DNA of 64,000 nucleotides from Halothermothrix sp. DTU029 (GCA_001512435.1 LFRS01000102.1:21395-85394); one strand, 5' to 3'; shown: positions 54,268-63,739, counted from the stretch's first letter. Notes: generated from the letters alone by a model not told the origin. Numbers and translations: made by a program.

Positions 54268-55770
54268 ATGGAAAGACAAAGATGGAGTAGTAGAGCAGCT
54301 TTTATACTGGCTGCAATAGGTTCTGCCGCAGGCCTGGGTAATGCAATCCGTTTTCCCTATGTGGCCTACAGCAATGGTGGAGGGGCCTTTTTAATACCCT
54401 ATTTTGTGGCCTTATTGACAGCAGGTGTCCCATTACTGGTTATGGAATTTGCTATTGGCCAGAAAAACCAGGCTGGTGCCCCTACTGCTCTTGGTAGGAT
54501 TAAAAAAGGTTTTGAGGGTTTTGGCTGGTGGCAGGTAATCTGTGCCTTTGTTATTGTCTGTTACTATGCTGTAATCATGTCCTGGATCTGTAATTATCTG
54601 GTTGGTTCACTTAATGTAGCCTGGGGTAGTGAACCTATGAGATATTTCACAGAAGATGTATTAAAAGTTTCAGATAGCCCAGGGAATTTATCTGGTTTTA
54701 GTTTACCTGTCCTGCTAGGTCTTATTGTTACCTGGGTGGCAGTCTATTTAATATTAAGAAAGGGTACAGAAAGTGTTGGTAAGGTTATTGGCTACACTGT
54801 TGCTGCTCCAGTGGTTTTATTATTGATCTTAATTATTAGGGCAGTTACTTTACCTGGTGCTATGGAAGGCTTAAATTACTTTTTAAAACCAGATTTTGCA
54901 GCCTTATTGACCCCAAGGGTCTGGATTGAAGCCTATACCCAGGTCTTTTATTCCTTAAGTCTGGCCATGGCCATCATGTATGCCTATGCCAGTTATATGC
55001 CAGAGGATTCAGATATTACTAATAATGCCTTAATAATTGTATTTGCTGATGCCAGTGTAAGTTTTCTGGCAGGTTTGGCCATCTTTGGTACATTGGGGCA
55101 TATGTCCTTAACCCAGGGTGTTCCTATTCAGGATGTAGCTATAGGTGGCATACGTCTGTCCTTTGACGTATTTCCTACTGCTATTAATGCCTTACCCGGT
55201 GGACCGGTTATGGTAGGTCTCTTTGGTTTTGTATTCTTTGCTACCCTATTGACCCTGGGTATAGATTCCACTTTCTCTCTGGTAGAGGCTGTTATTACTG
55301 CTGTAGCTGATAAATGGAAATTAAATAAACATAAAACAACAGTTGCTGTTATATTAGTTATGGCCCTCTTCAGTTTAATCTATGCCACCAAAGCAGGATT
55401 ATTCTGGGTTGATTTGGTTGACCATTATATTAATAGCTATGGTTTGATTATTGCAGGTATAATAGAAGCAGTCCTGATTGGCTGGTTCTATAATACAGAT
55501 TCATTAAGAGAGTATTTTAATCCCATCTCTGAAATTAAATTTGGTAAATGGTGGAACTATATGATCAAGATTATACCCTTTATATTGTTTGTATTACTGG
55601 CCGTTTATTTTGTTCAGGATATACAGACACCATATGAAGGTTATGACTCCATCTACCAATGGCTGGGAGGTTGGGGTTTACTGATAGGTGTAGGAATTCT
55701 TTCAATTATTATTACTAAAATTAAGGCAGGAGACAAGAGTACAGGGTTAAGCAAATCAGTAGAGCTATAA
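54268..55770 (+). CDS. Sodium:neurotransmitter symporter (NSS/SNF) family transporter
   Basis: Contains SAAGLGNAIRFPY and is polytopic. Start taken at ATG 54268. Confidence 0.9.
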   Translation: MERQRWSSRAAFILAAIGSAAGLGNAIRFPYVAYSNGGGAFLIPYFVALLTAGVPLLVMEFAIGQKNQAGAPTALGRIKKGFEGFGWWQVICAFVIVCYYAVIMSWICNYLVGSLNVAWGSEPMRYFTEDVLKVSDSPGNLSGFSLPVLLGLIVTWVAVYLILRKGTESVGKVIGYTVAAPVVLLLILIIRAVTLPGAMEGLNYFLKPDFAALLTPRVWIEAYTQVFYSLSLAMAIMYAYASYMPEDSDITNNALIIVFADASVSFLAGLAIFGTLGHMSLTQGVPIQDVAIGGIRLSFDVFPTAINALPGGPVMVGLFGFVFFATLLTLGIDSTFSLVEAVITAVADKWKLNKHKTTVAVILVMALFSLIYATKAGLFWVDLVDHYINSYGLIIAGIIEAVLIGWFYNTDSLREYFNPISEIKFGKWWNYMIKIIPFILFVLLAVYFVQDIQTPYEGYDSIYQWLGGWGLLIGVGILSIIITKIKAGDKSTGLSKSVEL

Positions 55771-55786
55771 AGGGGGTAATAAGATA

Positions 55787-55897
55787 ATGGCAGCTTCTGC
55801 TATTGTAATGCTAATTTTTGCTATAGTAATTATTTTCGGCGGGTTATTTCTGACAATTAATAAGGCTGTAAAATCAACAAAAGAAAATGAAGAATAA
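55787..55897 (+). CDS. Small single-TM subunit associated with NSS transporters (MetS-like)
   Basis: Not in the ORF track (36 aa): MAASAIVMLIFAIVIIFGGLFLTINKAVKSTKENEE. SD AGGGGG lies upstream, 16 nt after the transporter stop. Confidence 0.6.
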   Translation: MAASAIVMLIFAIVIIFGGLFLTINKAVKSTKENEE

Positions 55898-55908
55898 GAT
55901 ATATAAAG

Positions 55909-55933
55909 GCCTGGATTATCTATCCAGGCTTTT
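55909..55933 (+). terminator. Intrinsic terminator after the transporter pair
   Basis: GCCTGGAT-tatct-ATCCAGGC followed by TTTT. Confidence 0.65.
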
Positions 55934-55997
55934 ATAATAATTTGTAAATATGAAGAAAATGTGTAATAATAGAAGTATCAAGAAAGAACTGGAGCAA

Positions 55998-57113
55998 ATG
56001 ATGAATATAAGTAATAAAGAAAGAATAACAGAACTAATAAAAAATAAGGCAAAAGAGATAGGTTTTGACCTGGTTGGAATTACAAGTGCAGAACCTTTTC
56101 AACAGGCTTATTCAATACTGGAAAAAAGGAAATTAACAGAGTTTATCAGTAATGATAGGGAATTACTTACCAACCCTGCTAGCCATCTAGCTTCTGCAAA
56201 ATCCATTATTGCCCTGGCCCTTTCTTATGCCAGCAAAAGGGCAGGTAAGGAAGAAGAGCAAAATATTGCCCTTTATGCCAGGGGGAAGGACTATCATCAG
56301 GTAATGCAGGAAAAAATGAATGAATTAATTATATTTATAAAAACACTGGCGACAGATGCTGAAACAATAACCTATTCAGATACTGGAGTCTTACTGGACA
56401 GGGAAGTGGCTTACCGGGCAGGTTTAGGCTGGATAGGAAAGAGCAATAATCTCATTAATCCAGAATATGGTTCTTACCTTATGCTGGGAGAAATTTTGAC
56501 AAATTTGCCCCTGGTAACTGATCAGGCCATGGAATCCCGTTGTGGTACATGTCAATTATGTATAGATAATTGTCCTACTCAGGCTTTAAAAGCCTATTGT
56601 CTGGAGCCTGAACTTTGCCTGAGTTATATAAGCCAAAAAAAAGATCCCCTTTCAATGGAAGAAAGGGAAATGCTAGGTAACCAGCTCTGGGGTTGTGATC
56701 GCTGTCTTGAAGTATGTCCCTATAATAGGGATATCCCTTATGACTTGCATCCAGAGTTTTTCCCTGTACTTAAAGGAGATATTAAAACTATCTTAAATTT
56801 TACTAATCATAATATCCCGGGAGAATGGAAGGAGGCAGCCCTATTCTGGCGGGGTTTAAGGACTCTAAAGAGAAATACCATTATAAATATAGGAAATCTG
56901 GGTAAGGAGGAATATCTTCCCCTTTTAATAGATAATTTAGCAAATCCCTCTCCTGTATTAAGAGCTTATACTGTATGGTCACTGGGTAAATACAGGAAAG
57001 AAGAAATAAAAGCCCTTCTTTCCAATCACTATTTTAAGGAAAATGATAATATGGTAAAAAAAGAAATAGAAAAGATATTTCAAAATAACAATTGGGGGGA
57101 TATAAATGATTAA
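55998..57113 (+). CDS. queG: Epoxyqueuosine reductase
   Basis: Two 4Fe-4S motifs (CGTCQLCIDNCP, CDRCLEVCP) and C-terminal HEAT-like repeats. Start at ATG 55998 or 56001, because the track start at 55950 lies 17 nt after a terminator with no SD. Confidence 0.88.
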   Translation: MMNISNKERITELIKNKAKEIGFDLVGITSAEPFQQAYSILEKRKLTEFISNDRELLTNPASHLASAKSIIALALSYASKRAGKEEEQNIALYARGKDYHQVMQEKMNELIIFIKTLATDAETITYSDTGVLLDREVAYRAGLGWIGKSNNLINPEYGSYLMLGEILTNLPLVTDQAMESRCGTCQLCIDNCPTQALKAYCLEPELCLSYISQKKDPLSMEEREMLGNQLWGCDRCLEVCPYNRDIPYDLHPEFFPVLKGDIKTILNFTNHNIPGEWKEAALFWRGLRTLKRNTIINIGNLGKEEYLPLLIDNLANPSPVLRAYTVWSLGKYRKEEIKALLSNHYFKENDNMVKKEIEKIFQNNNWGDIND

Positions 57114-58752
57114 AGCTAAAATAGCAGGAAAGGACTATAACTTTGCTAAGGGTATCAGTCTGGAAGAGATATTGGAGGAAATAAAATTATATGATAAAAA
57201 AATTGTTGTAGCTGCAATTGTAAATAACCGGCTGTCAAACCTAAGCGATCTATTATATGAAGATGCCCGTATTCGCTTTTTAACTATAAATGATGAAATA
57301 GGTAACCGTATTTATCGTCGTAGTTTATATATGCTGATGACTAAGGCTATCCAGGAATTATACCCTGGTAGCAAGTTATCTATTGAGCATTCTTTGAGTA
57401 ATGGGATCTACTGTGAATTACATAAAGAACGTCCTCTTAGTAGTAAGGACCTGAAAAATATTAAAGATAAGATGCTGGAATATGTAAGACAGGATCTTCC
57501 TATCAAAAAACTTATAAAAAACAAGAAGGAATTAATAGAAATATATAAAAAACAGGGCTATATGGATAAAGTAGATCTCCTGGATTATCTGGATAGGGAC
57601 CAATTTACTGTCTATGAATTGGAGGGGAATTATGATTACTTTTTCTATAATCTAGTGCCCAGAACAGGTATCCTGGACAGGTTTGATTTCCATCTGCAGA
57701 TACCGGGCTTTGTTCTCCTCCATCCTAAAAGAGGTAATCCTTATGAGGTACCTGCCTATATAGAACAGGAAAAATTAGCCGGAGCATTTTATGAATTTGA
57801 AAGATGGGGAGAAATAATTGGTGTTTCTTCGGTCACTGATCTAAATAATATTATTAAAAAGGGCAAGTTTAAAGATCTGGTTAATATCATGGAGGCTTTA
57901 CATGAGAAAAAGATTGCCCAAATAGCAGATAAAATAGCTGAAGATCAGGACAAAAATAAAATTATATTAATAGCTGGTCCTTCCTCATCTGGTAAAACTA
58001 CCTTTGCCCAGAGACTATCTATTCAATTAAGGGTTAATGGTATTAATCCCATTTCCATCTCTACTGATGATTACTTTGTTGACCGGGAACAAACTCCAAG
58101 GGATGAAAATGGGGAATATGATTTTGAGTCTATTGAAGCAATAGACCTGGAACTGCTTAACGAGGACTTACTGGCCTTATTACAGGGAGAAAGGGTTGAG
58201 ATACCAACTTTTAATTTCCATAATGGAAAAAGAGAGTATCGGGGTAATTATTTGCAGGTTGACAGGGAACATCCTATTATTATTGAAGGTATCCATAGTC
58301 TTAATGACCGTTTAACAGAATTTATCCCTGAAAATAATAAATTTAAAATCTATATCAGTGCTTTAACCCAGATTAATATTGATCGACATAATTGTATTCC
58401 GACTACAGATAATAGATTATTGCGCAGGATGGTTCGGGATAATTTCTTCCGCAATAAAAGTGCTGCCAGTACCCTGGAGTGGTGGACAGCGGTCAGGAAG
58501 GGAGAAGAGAAGAATATCTTTCCTTATCAGGAAAATGCAGATGTTATGTTTAATTCTGGTCTTGTTTATGAATTGGCTATCCTGAAAAAATACGCTACTC
58601 CCTTATTGAAGGCAATTAGCCCGGAGGAAGAGGTCTACTATCAGGCAGAAAGATTGTTGGAAATACTGGAATGCTTTTTACCCATGGATGAAGATGCTGT
58701 ACCAGGTAATTCTATTCTGAAGGAATTTATTGGTGGTAGTATTTTTGACTAA
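57106..58752 (+). CDS. Fusion of a ThrRS-like N-terminal (TGS + second domain) region with a uridine kinase/PRK-family P-loop kinase
   Basis: 548 aa. The N-terminal roughly 250 aa resemble the threonyl-tRNA synthetase N-terminus. The C-terminal half carries IAGPSSSGKTTF (P-loop), typical of Udk/PRK. Confidence 0.75.
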   Translation: MIKAKIAGKDYNFAKGISLEEILEEIKLYDKKIVVAAIVNNRLSNLSDLLYEDARIRFLTINDEIGNRIYRRSLYMLMTKAIQELYPGSKLSIEHSLSNGIYCELHKERPLSSKDLKNIKDKMLEYVRQDLPIKKLIKNKKELIEIYKKQGYMDKVDLLDYLDRDQFTVYELEGNYDYFFYNLVPRTGILDRFDFHLQIPGFVLLHPKRGNPYEVPAYIEQEKLAGAFYEFERWGEIIGVSSVTDLNNIIKKGKFKDLVNIMEALHEKKIAQIADKIAEDQDKNKIILIAGPSSSGKTTFAQRLSIQLRVNGINPISISTDDYFVDREQTPRDENGEYDFESIEAIDLELLNEDLLALLQGERVEIPTFNFHNGKREYRGNYLQVDREHPIIIEGIHSLNDRLTEFIPENNKFKIYISALTQINIDRHNCIPTTDNRLLRRMVRDNFFRNKSAASTLEWWTAVRKGEEKNIFPYQENADVMFNSGLVYELAILKKYATPLLKAISPEEEVYYQAERLLEILECFLPMDEDAVPGNSILKEFIGGSIFD

Positions 58753-59334
58753 TTATAGAGAATAGTATTCCTGAATTAGTTTTTTTGCCTCTGTCCAGTT
58801 ATTGACCCTTTTAATAATACTGTTTTCTTTAAGATGTCTGTTGTGGAATTTATCAAATAAAATAACTGGAATATTATAGCTGGCCAGGGCTTCACTATTA
58901 CAGGCATTATCTTCCAGAAAAAGACTAATTCCTTTTTCCAGAGCCAGAGGTGCTTTATTTTCATCATGACTTAAGCTGGTATAGGGGATCTGGTGGTCTT
59001 CTAACCATTTTCTAGTTATTTTTTCAAATTCAGGCTCTCTGGCTGTGATAAGGTGGATTTCAAATTCATTATTATACAAATAAGTTATAGTTTCTCTGGC
59101 TCCTGCAGCCAGTTTTACCTCGGCATAAATGTTGGCAATATTTTTTTCTAAAAAGTCTATGATTATTTCTCCAGGTAAATCATAGGCTTCATCAAAATAA
59201 TAGGAATCCTTTACCCTTGGAATTTCATAACCTAAATAATTACAGAGGGCATTGTGCCAGATATTTTCATTAATATGTGTTTCATCAGTTATTACACCAT
59301 CAATATCAATACCGATGATTCTTGCTAAGCTCAT
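58753..59334 (-). CDS. HAD-superfamily 5'(3')-deoxyribonucleotidase-like hydrolase
   Basis: 193 aa with the N-terminal IGIDIDGVITDE (DxDG) motif. Confidence 0.6.
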   Translation of the reverse strand: MSLARIIGIDIDGVITDETHINENIWHNALCNYLGYEIPRVKDSYYFDEAYDLPGEIIIDFLEKNIANIYAEVKLAAGARETITYLYNNEFEIHLITAREPEFEKITRKWLEDHQIPYTSLSHDENKAPLALEKGISLFLEDNACNSEALASYNIPVILFDKFHNRHLKENSIIKRVNNWTEAKKLIQEYYSL

Positions 59335-59470
59335 TGATTATCTCTCCTTTGACATAGTGAAGGCAGGTATTTATTTAATAAATACTAAAAAGAATTTTAT
59401 AATATTTTTACCTAATAATCAAGAAAGAGATCTGGTTGAAATATTTACAAAGTGGAGGGCTTGTATTATT

Positions 59471-60121
59471 ATGACAGAAATAAAAGAGGAAAAAATTTTA
59501 GAAAAATTGGCAGCTGAATACCCGGAGGCAAAGACAGAGCTTAATTATACTACTCCTTTTGAATTATTAGTAGCAACTATTTTATCAGCACAGACTACTG
59601 ATAAACAGGTTAATAAGGTTACTGCCGAGCTTTTTAAAAAATATAATAAGGCTGAGGATTTTGCCAGTTTAAGCCCCGAAGAATTAGCAGAGGAGATTAA
59701 GTCCATTGGTTTGTATAAAAATAAGAGTAAATTTATTGTTGAGACAAGTAAAATAATCCTGGAAAAATATGAGGGAAAGGTTCCTGAGGAAAGAGAAGCC
59801 TTAATGAAATTACCTGGTGTTGGGAGAAAAACAGCTAATGTGATTTTATCTTCTGCTTTTAATAAGGCTGCTATAGCTGTTGATACACATGTTTTCAGGG
59901 TAGCCAATAGAATAGGTTTAGCAAATTCAGATAAGGTTTTAGAAGTAGAAAAACAACTTATGGAAAGGATACCGGAAAAAGTCTGGTCAAAACTACATCA
60001 CTGGTTAATTTTTCATGGCAGAAGAGTATGTAAAGCTAGAAATCCTGCCTGTGAGAAGTGTGTTTTAAAAGAAGACTGTTTATATTATAAAAAACGAGGT
60101 GATTCTTATGAAAAAAAATAA
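59471..60121 (+). CDS. nth: Endonuclease III
   Basis: HhH-GPD (LPGVGRKTANV) and the C-x6-C-x2-C-x5-C cluster. Start taken at ATG 59471, because the track extension overlaps the HAD gene. Confidence 0.93.
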   Translation: MTEIKEEKILEKLAAEYPEAKTELNYTTPFELLVATILSAQTTDKQVNKVTAELFKKYNKAEDFASLSPEELAEEIKSIGLYKNKSKFIVETSKIILEKYEGKVPEEREALMKLPGVGRKTANVILSSAFNKAAIAVDTHVFRVANRIGLANSDKVLEVEKQLMERIPEKVWSKLHHWLIFHGRRVCKARNPACEKCVLKEDCLYYKKRGDSYEKK

Positions 60122-60824
60122 TCTATTTCTTCTTCTTTTTCTTTTCCTTTTATTAAGTTTTAATATCCTGGCCAGTTCTCAGCTGGAACAGGGTATAGAG
60201 GAGTATAATAAAAATAATTATACTTTAGCTATTGATTACCTGACAGATGTCCTCCTGGAAGAGGGGAATAATTTTACAGCACAATATTATTTGGGCCTGT
60301 CCTATATAAAATTAGGTGAATATGAGCTGGCCCAAAATGCCCTTGAGATAGCCAGAGACTTATCTCCCCAACATTATAAAGTACATTTGAATCTGGGACG
60401 GGCCTATTATAATTTAAGGGATTATCAAAAAGCCCTGGAGGCTTTAGAAAGAGCAGAGGAAATTGAAAACGGGGATGCGCAGATCTATAATATAATGGGC
60501 CTGGTACATATGGATTTAAAGAATCATGAAAAAGCTATTGAAAACTTTAAAAAGGCTATAGACTTAAATCCAGGAAACTATTATGTATTAAATAATCTGG
60601 GCTATTTGTATATCTTAAATAATCAATATGCAGAGGCCAGGGGAGTTCTGGAAAAGGCTGTTAACCTGAATCCCCCTGTAGCATATATCTATAATAACTT
60701 AGCCATAAGTTATGAGAATTTAGGGGATTATGAAAAGGCAAGCCAGTATTACCTGAAAGCCCTGGAAGTTGATCCAGGATATGAAAAGGCAAAAATAAAT
60801 CTACAAAGAATAAAGAATAAATAA
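60108..60824 (+). CDS. Secreted tetratricopeptide-repeat protein
   Basis: Signal-peptide-like N-terminus followed by about six TPR units. Start taken at ATG 60108 with SD GAGGTGA. Confidence 0.75.
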   Translation: MKKNNLFLLLFLFLLLSFNILASSQLEQGIEEYNKNNYTLAIDYLTDVLLEEGNNFTAQYYLGLSYIKLGEYELAQNALEIARDLSPQHYKVHLNLGRAYYNLRDYQKALEALERAEEIENGDAQIYNIMGLVHMDLKNHEKAIENFKKAIDLNPGNYYVLNNLGYLYILNNQYAEARGVLEKAVNLNPPVAYIYNNLAISYENLGDYEKASQYYLKALEVDPGYEKAKINLQRIKNK

Positions 60825-60830
60825 AGATAA

Positions 60831-60864
60831 AACAAAGCTCCCGGTTTAAGCAGGGAGCTTTGTT
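60831..60864. terminator. Bidirectional terminator between the convergent TPR and MerR-like genes
   Basis: AACAAAGCTCCC-10 nt-GGGAGCTTTGTT forms a perfect 12-bp stem, A/T-flanked on both sides. Confidence 0.7.
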
Positions 60865-61381
60865 ATTTGCTTTTACTCCAGGGTAACAATTTATGTATCA
60901 AGCCTGTATTTTTTTCTTTTTTCGCGTTGAGTCTATAACGAATCTCTTTAATTAATTCCCTATCTCTCCGTTCCTGGGTTATGCTCAAAAGTTTTATTGC
61001 CTGTAGGTACTCTTCTTTTAAATTTTTCTGCCCATCTTTTAATTCCTTTAAGCCATCTTCTATATTATCAAATTTCTCCAGTAAAGCATGTAAAAATTTA
61101 CTTAGATTAGGATCTGTATTTCCAATTATGGTTGCCGCAATGTCTTGTTTGCTTTTTTCAAGATTCAGGATTTCCCTGACCTGTTTAATGGAATATTTTT
61201 GTTCATAAAGATAAGTTTTTATTTCCTTTAATTGTTCTATATTATCTTTACTGTACTGTCTATAACCATTTTCATTCCGTTGTATATTAAGAATATTACC
61301 AAACTCAGATTCCCAATATCTAAGAGTTGATGGTGCCACATTCAGTATTTTTGCTGCTTCTGATGTACTGTACATTTCCAT
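60863..61381 (-). CDS. MerR-type HTH protein with coiled-coil C-terminus (RacA/DUF3967-like architecture)
   Basis: The N-terminus YSTSEAAKILNVAPSTLRYWESEFG is a MerR HTH. The remainder is K/E-rich and helical, ending in RDRELIKEIR... Confidence 0.7.
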   Translation of the reverse strand: MEMYSTSEAAKILNVAPSTLRYWESEFGNILNIQRNENGYRQYSKDNIEQLKEIKTYLYEQKYSIKQVREILNLEKSKQDIAATIIGNTDPNLSKFLHALLEKFDNIEDGLKELKDGQKNLKEEYLQAIKLLSITQERRDRELIKEIRYRLNAKKEKNTGLIHKLLPWSKSK

Positions 61382-61562
61382 AGGAACATCTCACCCTCCT
61401 TCCAGAAAAATACTGTATATTTTATAGTTCTATATTTAGTAAATAATTCCTGCCAGATTCTAATTATTTGAAAGAGGATTTGTAACAGGTTTAAAGAATA
61501 ATATTTATTTAAGAACAGAAAAAAACAAAAGAAATCTTTTTACTACAAAATAGGAGGAAATA

Positions 61563-63686
61563 ATGAAGAAAAAAATTCTCTTTGTTTTTATAGGTGGCCT
61601 CTTATTAGGTTTTTCCACAGTATTAATAAATTATTTTATCTTTAGTTCTGAGATAAATTCCAGTAAAGAAGTATTTCAGCTAGTAGAAGAAATGTTTCTA
61701 GAAGAATGGGATGCTTTATTTGCTGAAGGGAAAAGGGAATATTATAAAGGCAATCTGGAAAAAGCCCACAGCATTTATGAAAAACTCCTGCACACTGGAC
61801 ATGACAAAAAAGAGCCCTTGAAGAATCTCTATTTTATTAACAAAGAAATGGGTAATTACGAAAAGTCCAACTATTATTTAACTTTTTTATTAAAAGAAGA
61901 GGAAGATAAGCTTTACTGGAAATATAAATATGGTTTAAATTTGTATCTGGCAGGACAGTGGGCAGAGGCAAAAGAAGTCCTGGAAGAAGTTTATCTAGCT
62001 TGTAATAAAAATGATCTTGAATATTTCGACCCAAAGGAGTTTTCATTATTAGCATATTACCTGGGTCAGCTTTATTTTTTAAGTGGTCAGATGGAAGAGG
62101 CTGAACAATATTACAACAAAGGTATAGAAATAAGGCCAGAACAGGTGCTTAATTATATAGCTTTAGGAGAACTCTATAAAACTAGTGGTGATTATGAAAA
62201 AGCTATTGATTTTTATCTTACCGCTATCAGGAGAGATAGTAGTTTAGCAAATTTATATCCTGAAATAGCCAGCCTCTATGACCTGCTAGAAAATGAAAGA
62301 CAGGCCCTATCTTACTGGAATCGCAGCCTGCAGACTGGTAATAGTACAGTAATGGCCAGAAAGAGGATAGAGGAAATAAACCAGAAATATCCGGAATTTA
62401 TTGAGGAAGCACAAGTCCAAAAGGATTTAGAAAGGGAAGAGATCAAGTGGCTTAAGATAAGTAATTATTCTCTTCCGGAAACAATACCGACAATAAGAGT
62501 CGGTATAGTAGATGATGTAAAAAAAGTATCCTTTAAAGTAGGCAGTCCTTTTAATATTCTTGATCAGGATAATAATATACTAATGCAAGGTAGTGGAGAA
62601 TTAGCCTATAGTATTGATTTTACTAATTCAGTTTTTAATATTTATGAGAAGGATCAATTGGTTAAAAGTTTTAAGAACCTGGACCTGATCAGGATAGAAG
62701 CTGTAGATAAGAACTACCCTATACTTCTTTATGATATTTCCTATGGGGCAGGTTATTTCTGGGCAGGAACAGAAGACAGGCAATATCGGGGGCTTATGGA
62801 GTTATATCCAGCAGGAAGTAGGAGTTTTCATATAATTAATATTTTAAATCTGGAAGAATATTTATTCTCAGTAGTTCCTGCAGAAATGCCCGCCTGGTGG
62901 CCAGATGAGGCTATCAAGGCCCAGACTATTGCTGCCCGTAGTTATGCTATCAGTAATATGGGTAGGCATCGTAATAGGAACTATGATCTTTGTGATACTG
63001 TCCATTGTGCTGCCTATAATGGCATAAAATCAGAGACAGAAAGGTCCAATAAACTTATACTGGAAACCCTGGGAGAGGTAGCAAAATATAATAATCAGGT
63101 AATCAATACTGTTTTTAGCAGCAATAGTGGTGGTTATTCGGAAAAAAGTTTAGAAATATGGGGTAATGATTTACCTTATTTACAGGGAGCAAATAATTTG
63201 CTGGATACATCTTACCAGTTTCCCCTGGAACCTTATGAACTGGAAAAATGGCTTAGAGAAGAAACAGAATCCTATTCAAATACCAGCTTTGCTGGCAATA
63301 ATACTTATAGGTGGTTAAAGATCCTCGGTTCTGATTATTTTGCTGAGAAATACAATTTAGAAGAATTGTTGGATATAGTAGCTGTTAAACGAAGTATTGG
63401 TGGTACTGTTGGAGAAGTGATAATTAAGGGTAAGGAACGGGAGTTGGTAGTAAAGGGCGATAATATAAGGAGTGCTTTGGGTGGCTTAAAAAGTAATCGG
63501 TTCATTAGTGAGAAAATTTATTCTCCAGAAGGAAAACTTGAAAAAATTATTTTCTACGGAAGTGGCTGGGGCCACCATGTGGGAATGGATCAAACCGCTG
63601 CTGCAGAAATGGCCCGCAGGGGTATCAATTATAAGGATATTATCCAGCATTTTTATCAGGATAGCTTTATAGAAAAAATATATTAA
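61563..63686 (+). CDS. TPR-repeat / SpoIID-LytB domain fusion protein
   Basis: 707 aa with an N-terminal anchor and about 250 aa of TPR. The SpoIID-type core follows (AIKAQTIAARSYA, CDTVHCAAY, FSSNSGGYSE). Confidence 0.85.
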   Translation: MKKKILFVFIGGLLLGFSTVLINYFIFSSEINSSKEVFQLVEEMFLEEWDALFAEGKREYYKGNLEKAHSIYEKLLHTGHDKKEPLKNLYFINKEMGNYEKSNYYLTFLLKEEEDKLYWKYKYGLNLYLAGQWAEAKEVLEEVYLACNKNDLEYFDPKEFSLLAYYLGQLYFLSGQMEEAEQYYNKGIEIRPEQVLNYIALGELYKTSGDYEKAIDFYLTAIRRDSSLANLYPEIASLYDLLENERQALSYWNRSLQTGNSTVMARKRIEEINQKYPEFIEEAQVQKDLEREEIKWLKISNYSLPETIPTIRVGIVDDVKKVSFKVGSPFNILDQDNNILMQGSGELAYSIDFTNSVFNIYEKDQLVKSFKNLDLIRIEAVDKNYPILLYDISYGAGYFWAGTEDRQYRGLMELYPAGSRSFHIINILNLEEYLFSVVPAEMPAWWPDEAIKAQTIAARSYAISNMGRHRNRNYDLCDTVHCAAYNGIKSETERSNKLILETLGEVAKYNNQVINTVFSSNSGGYSEKSLEIWGNDLPYLQGANNLLDTSYQFPLEPYELEKWLREETESYSNTSFAGNNTYRWLKILGSDYFAEKYNLEELLDIVAVKRSIGGTVGEVIIKGKERELVVKGDNIRSALGGLKSNRFISEKIYSPEGKLEKIIFYGSGWGHHVGMDQTAAAEMARRGINYKDIIQHFYQDSFIEKIY

Positions 63687-63739
63687 AAACAAGAATAAAA
63701 AAGAAATTAAAAAAGCTCAAAAAAAATATATTAAAGATA

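Noticed and set aside
55950-55997. Track start of queG at 55950
   Set aside because: It lies 17 nt after a terminator with no SD. QueG-like sequence begins near the ATGs at 55998/56001, which follow GGAG.
59252-59470. N-terminal extension of nth in the ORF track (start 59252)
   Set aside because: The extension overlaps the 5' end of the opposite-strand HAD gene and translates to non-Nth-like hydrophobic sequence. Conserved Nth sequence begins at the ATG at 59471.
61411-61428. E. coli-like SOS box half (TACTGTATAT...)
   Set aside because: Only the left half (CTGTAT) matches, and the right half is TATAGT rather than ATACAG. Firmicute LexA uses a different consensus. This is probably a chance match in AT-rich DNA.
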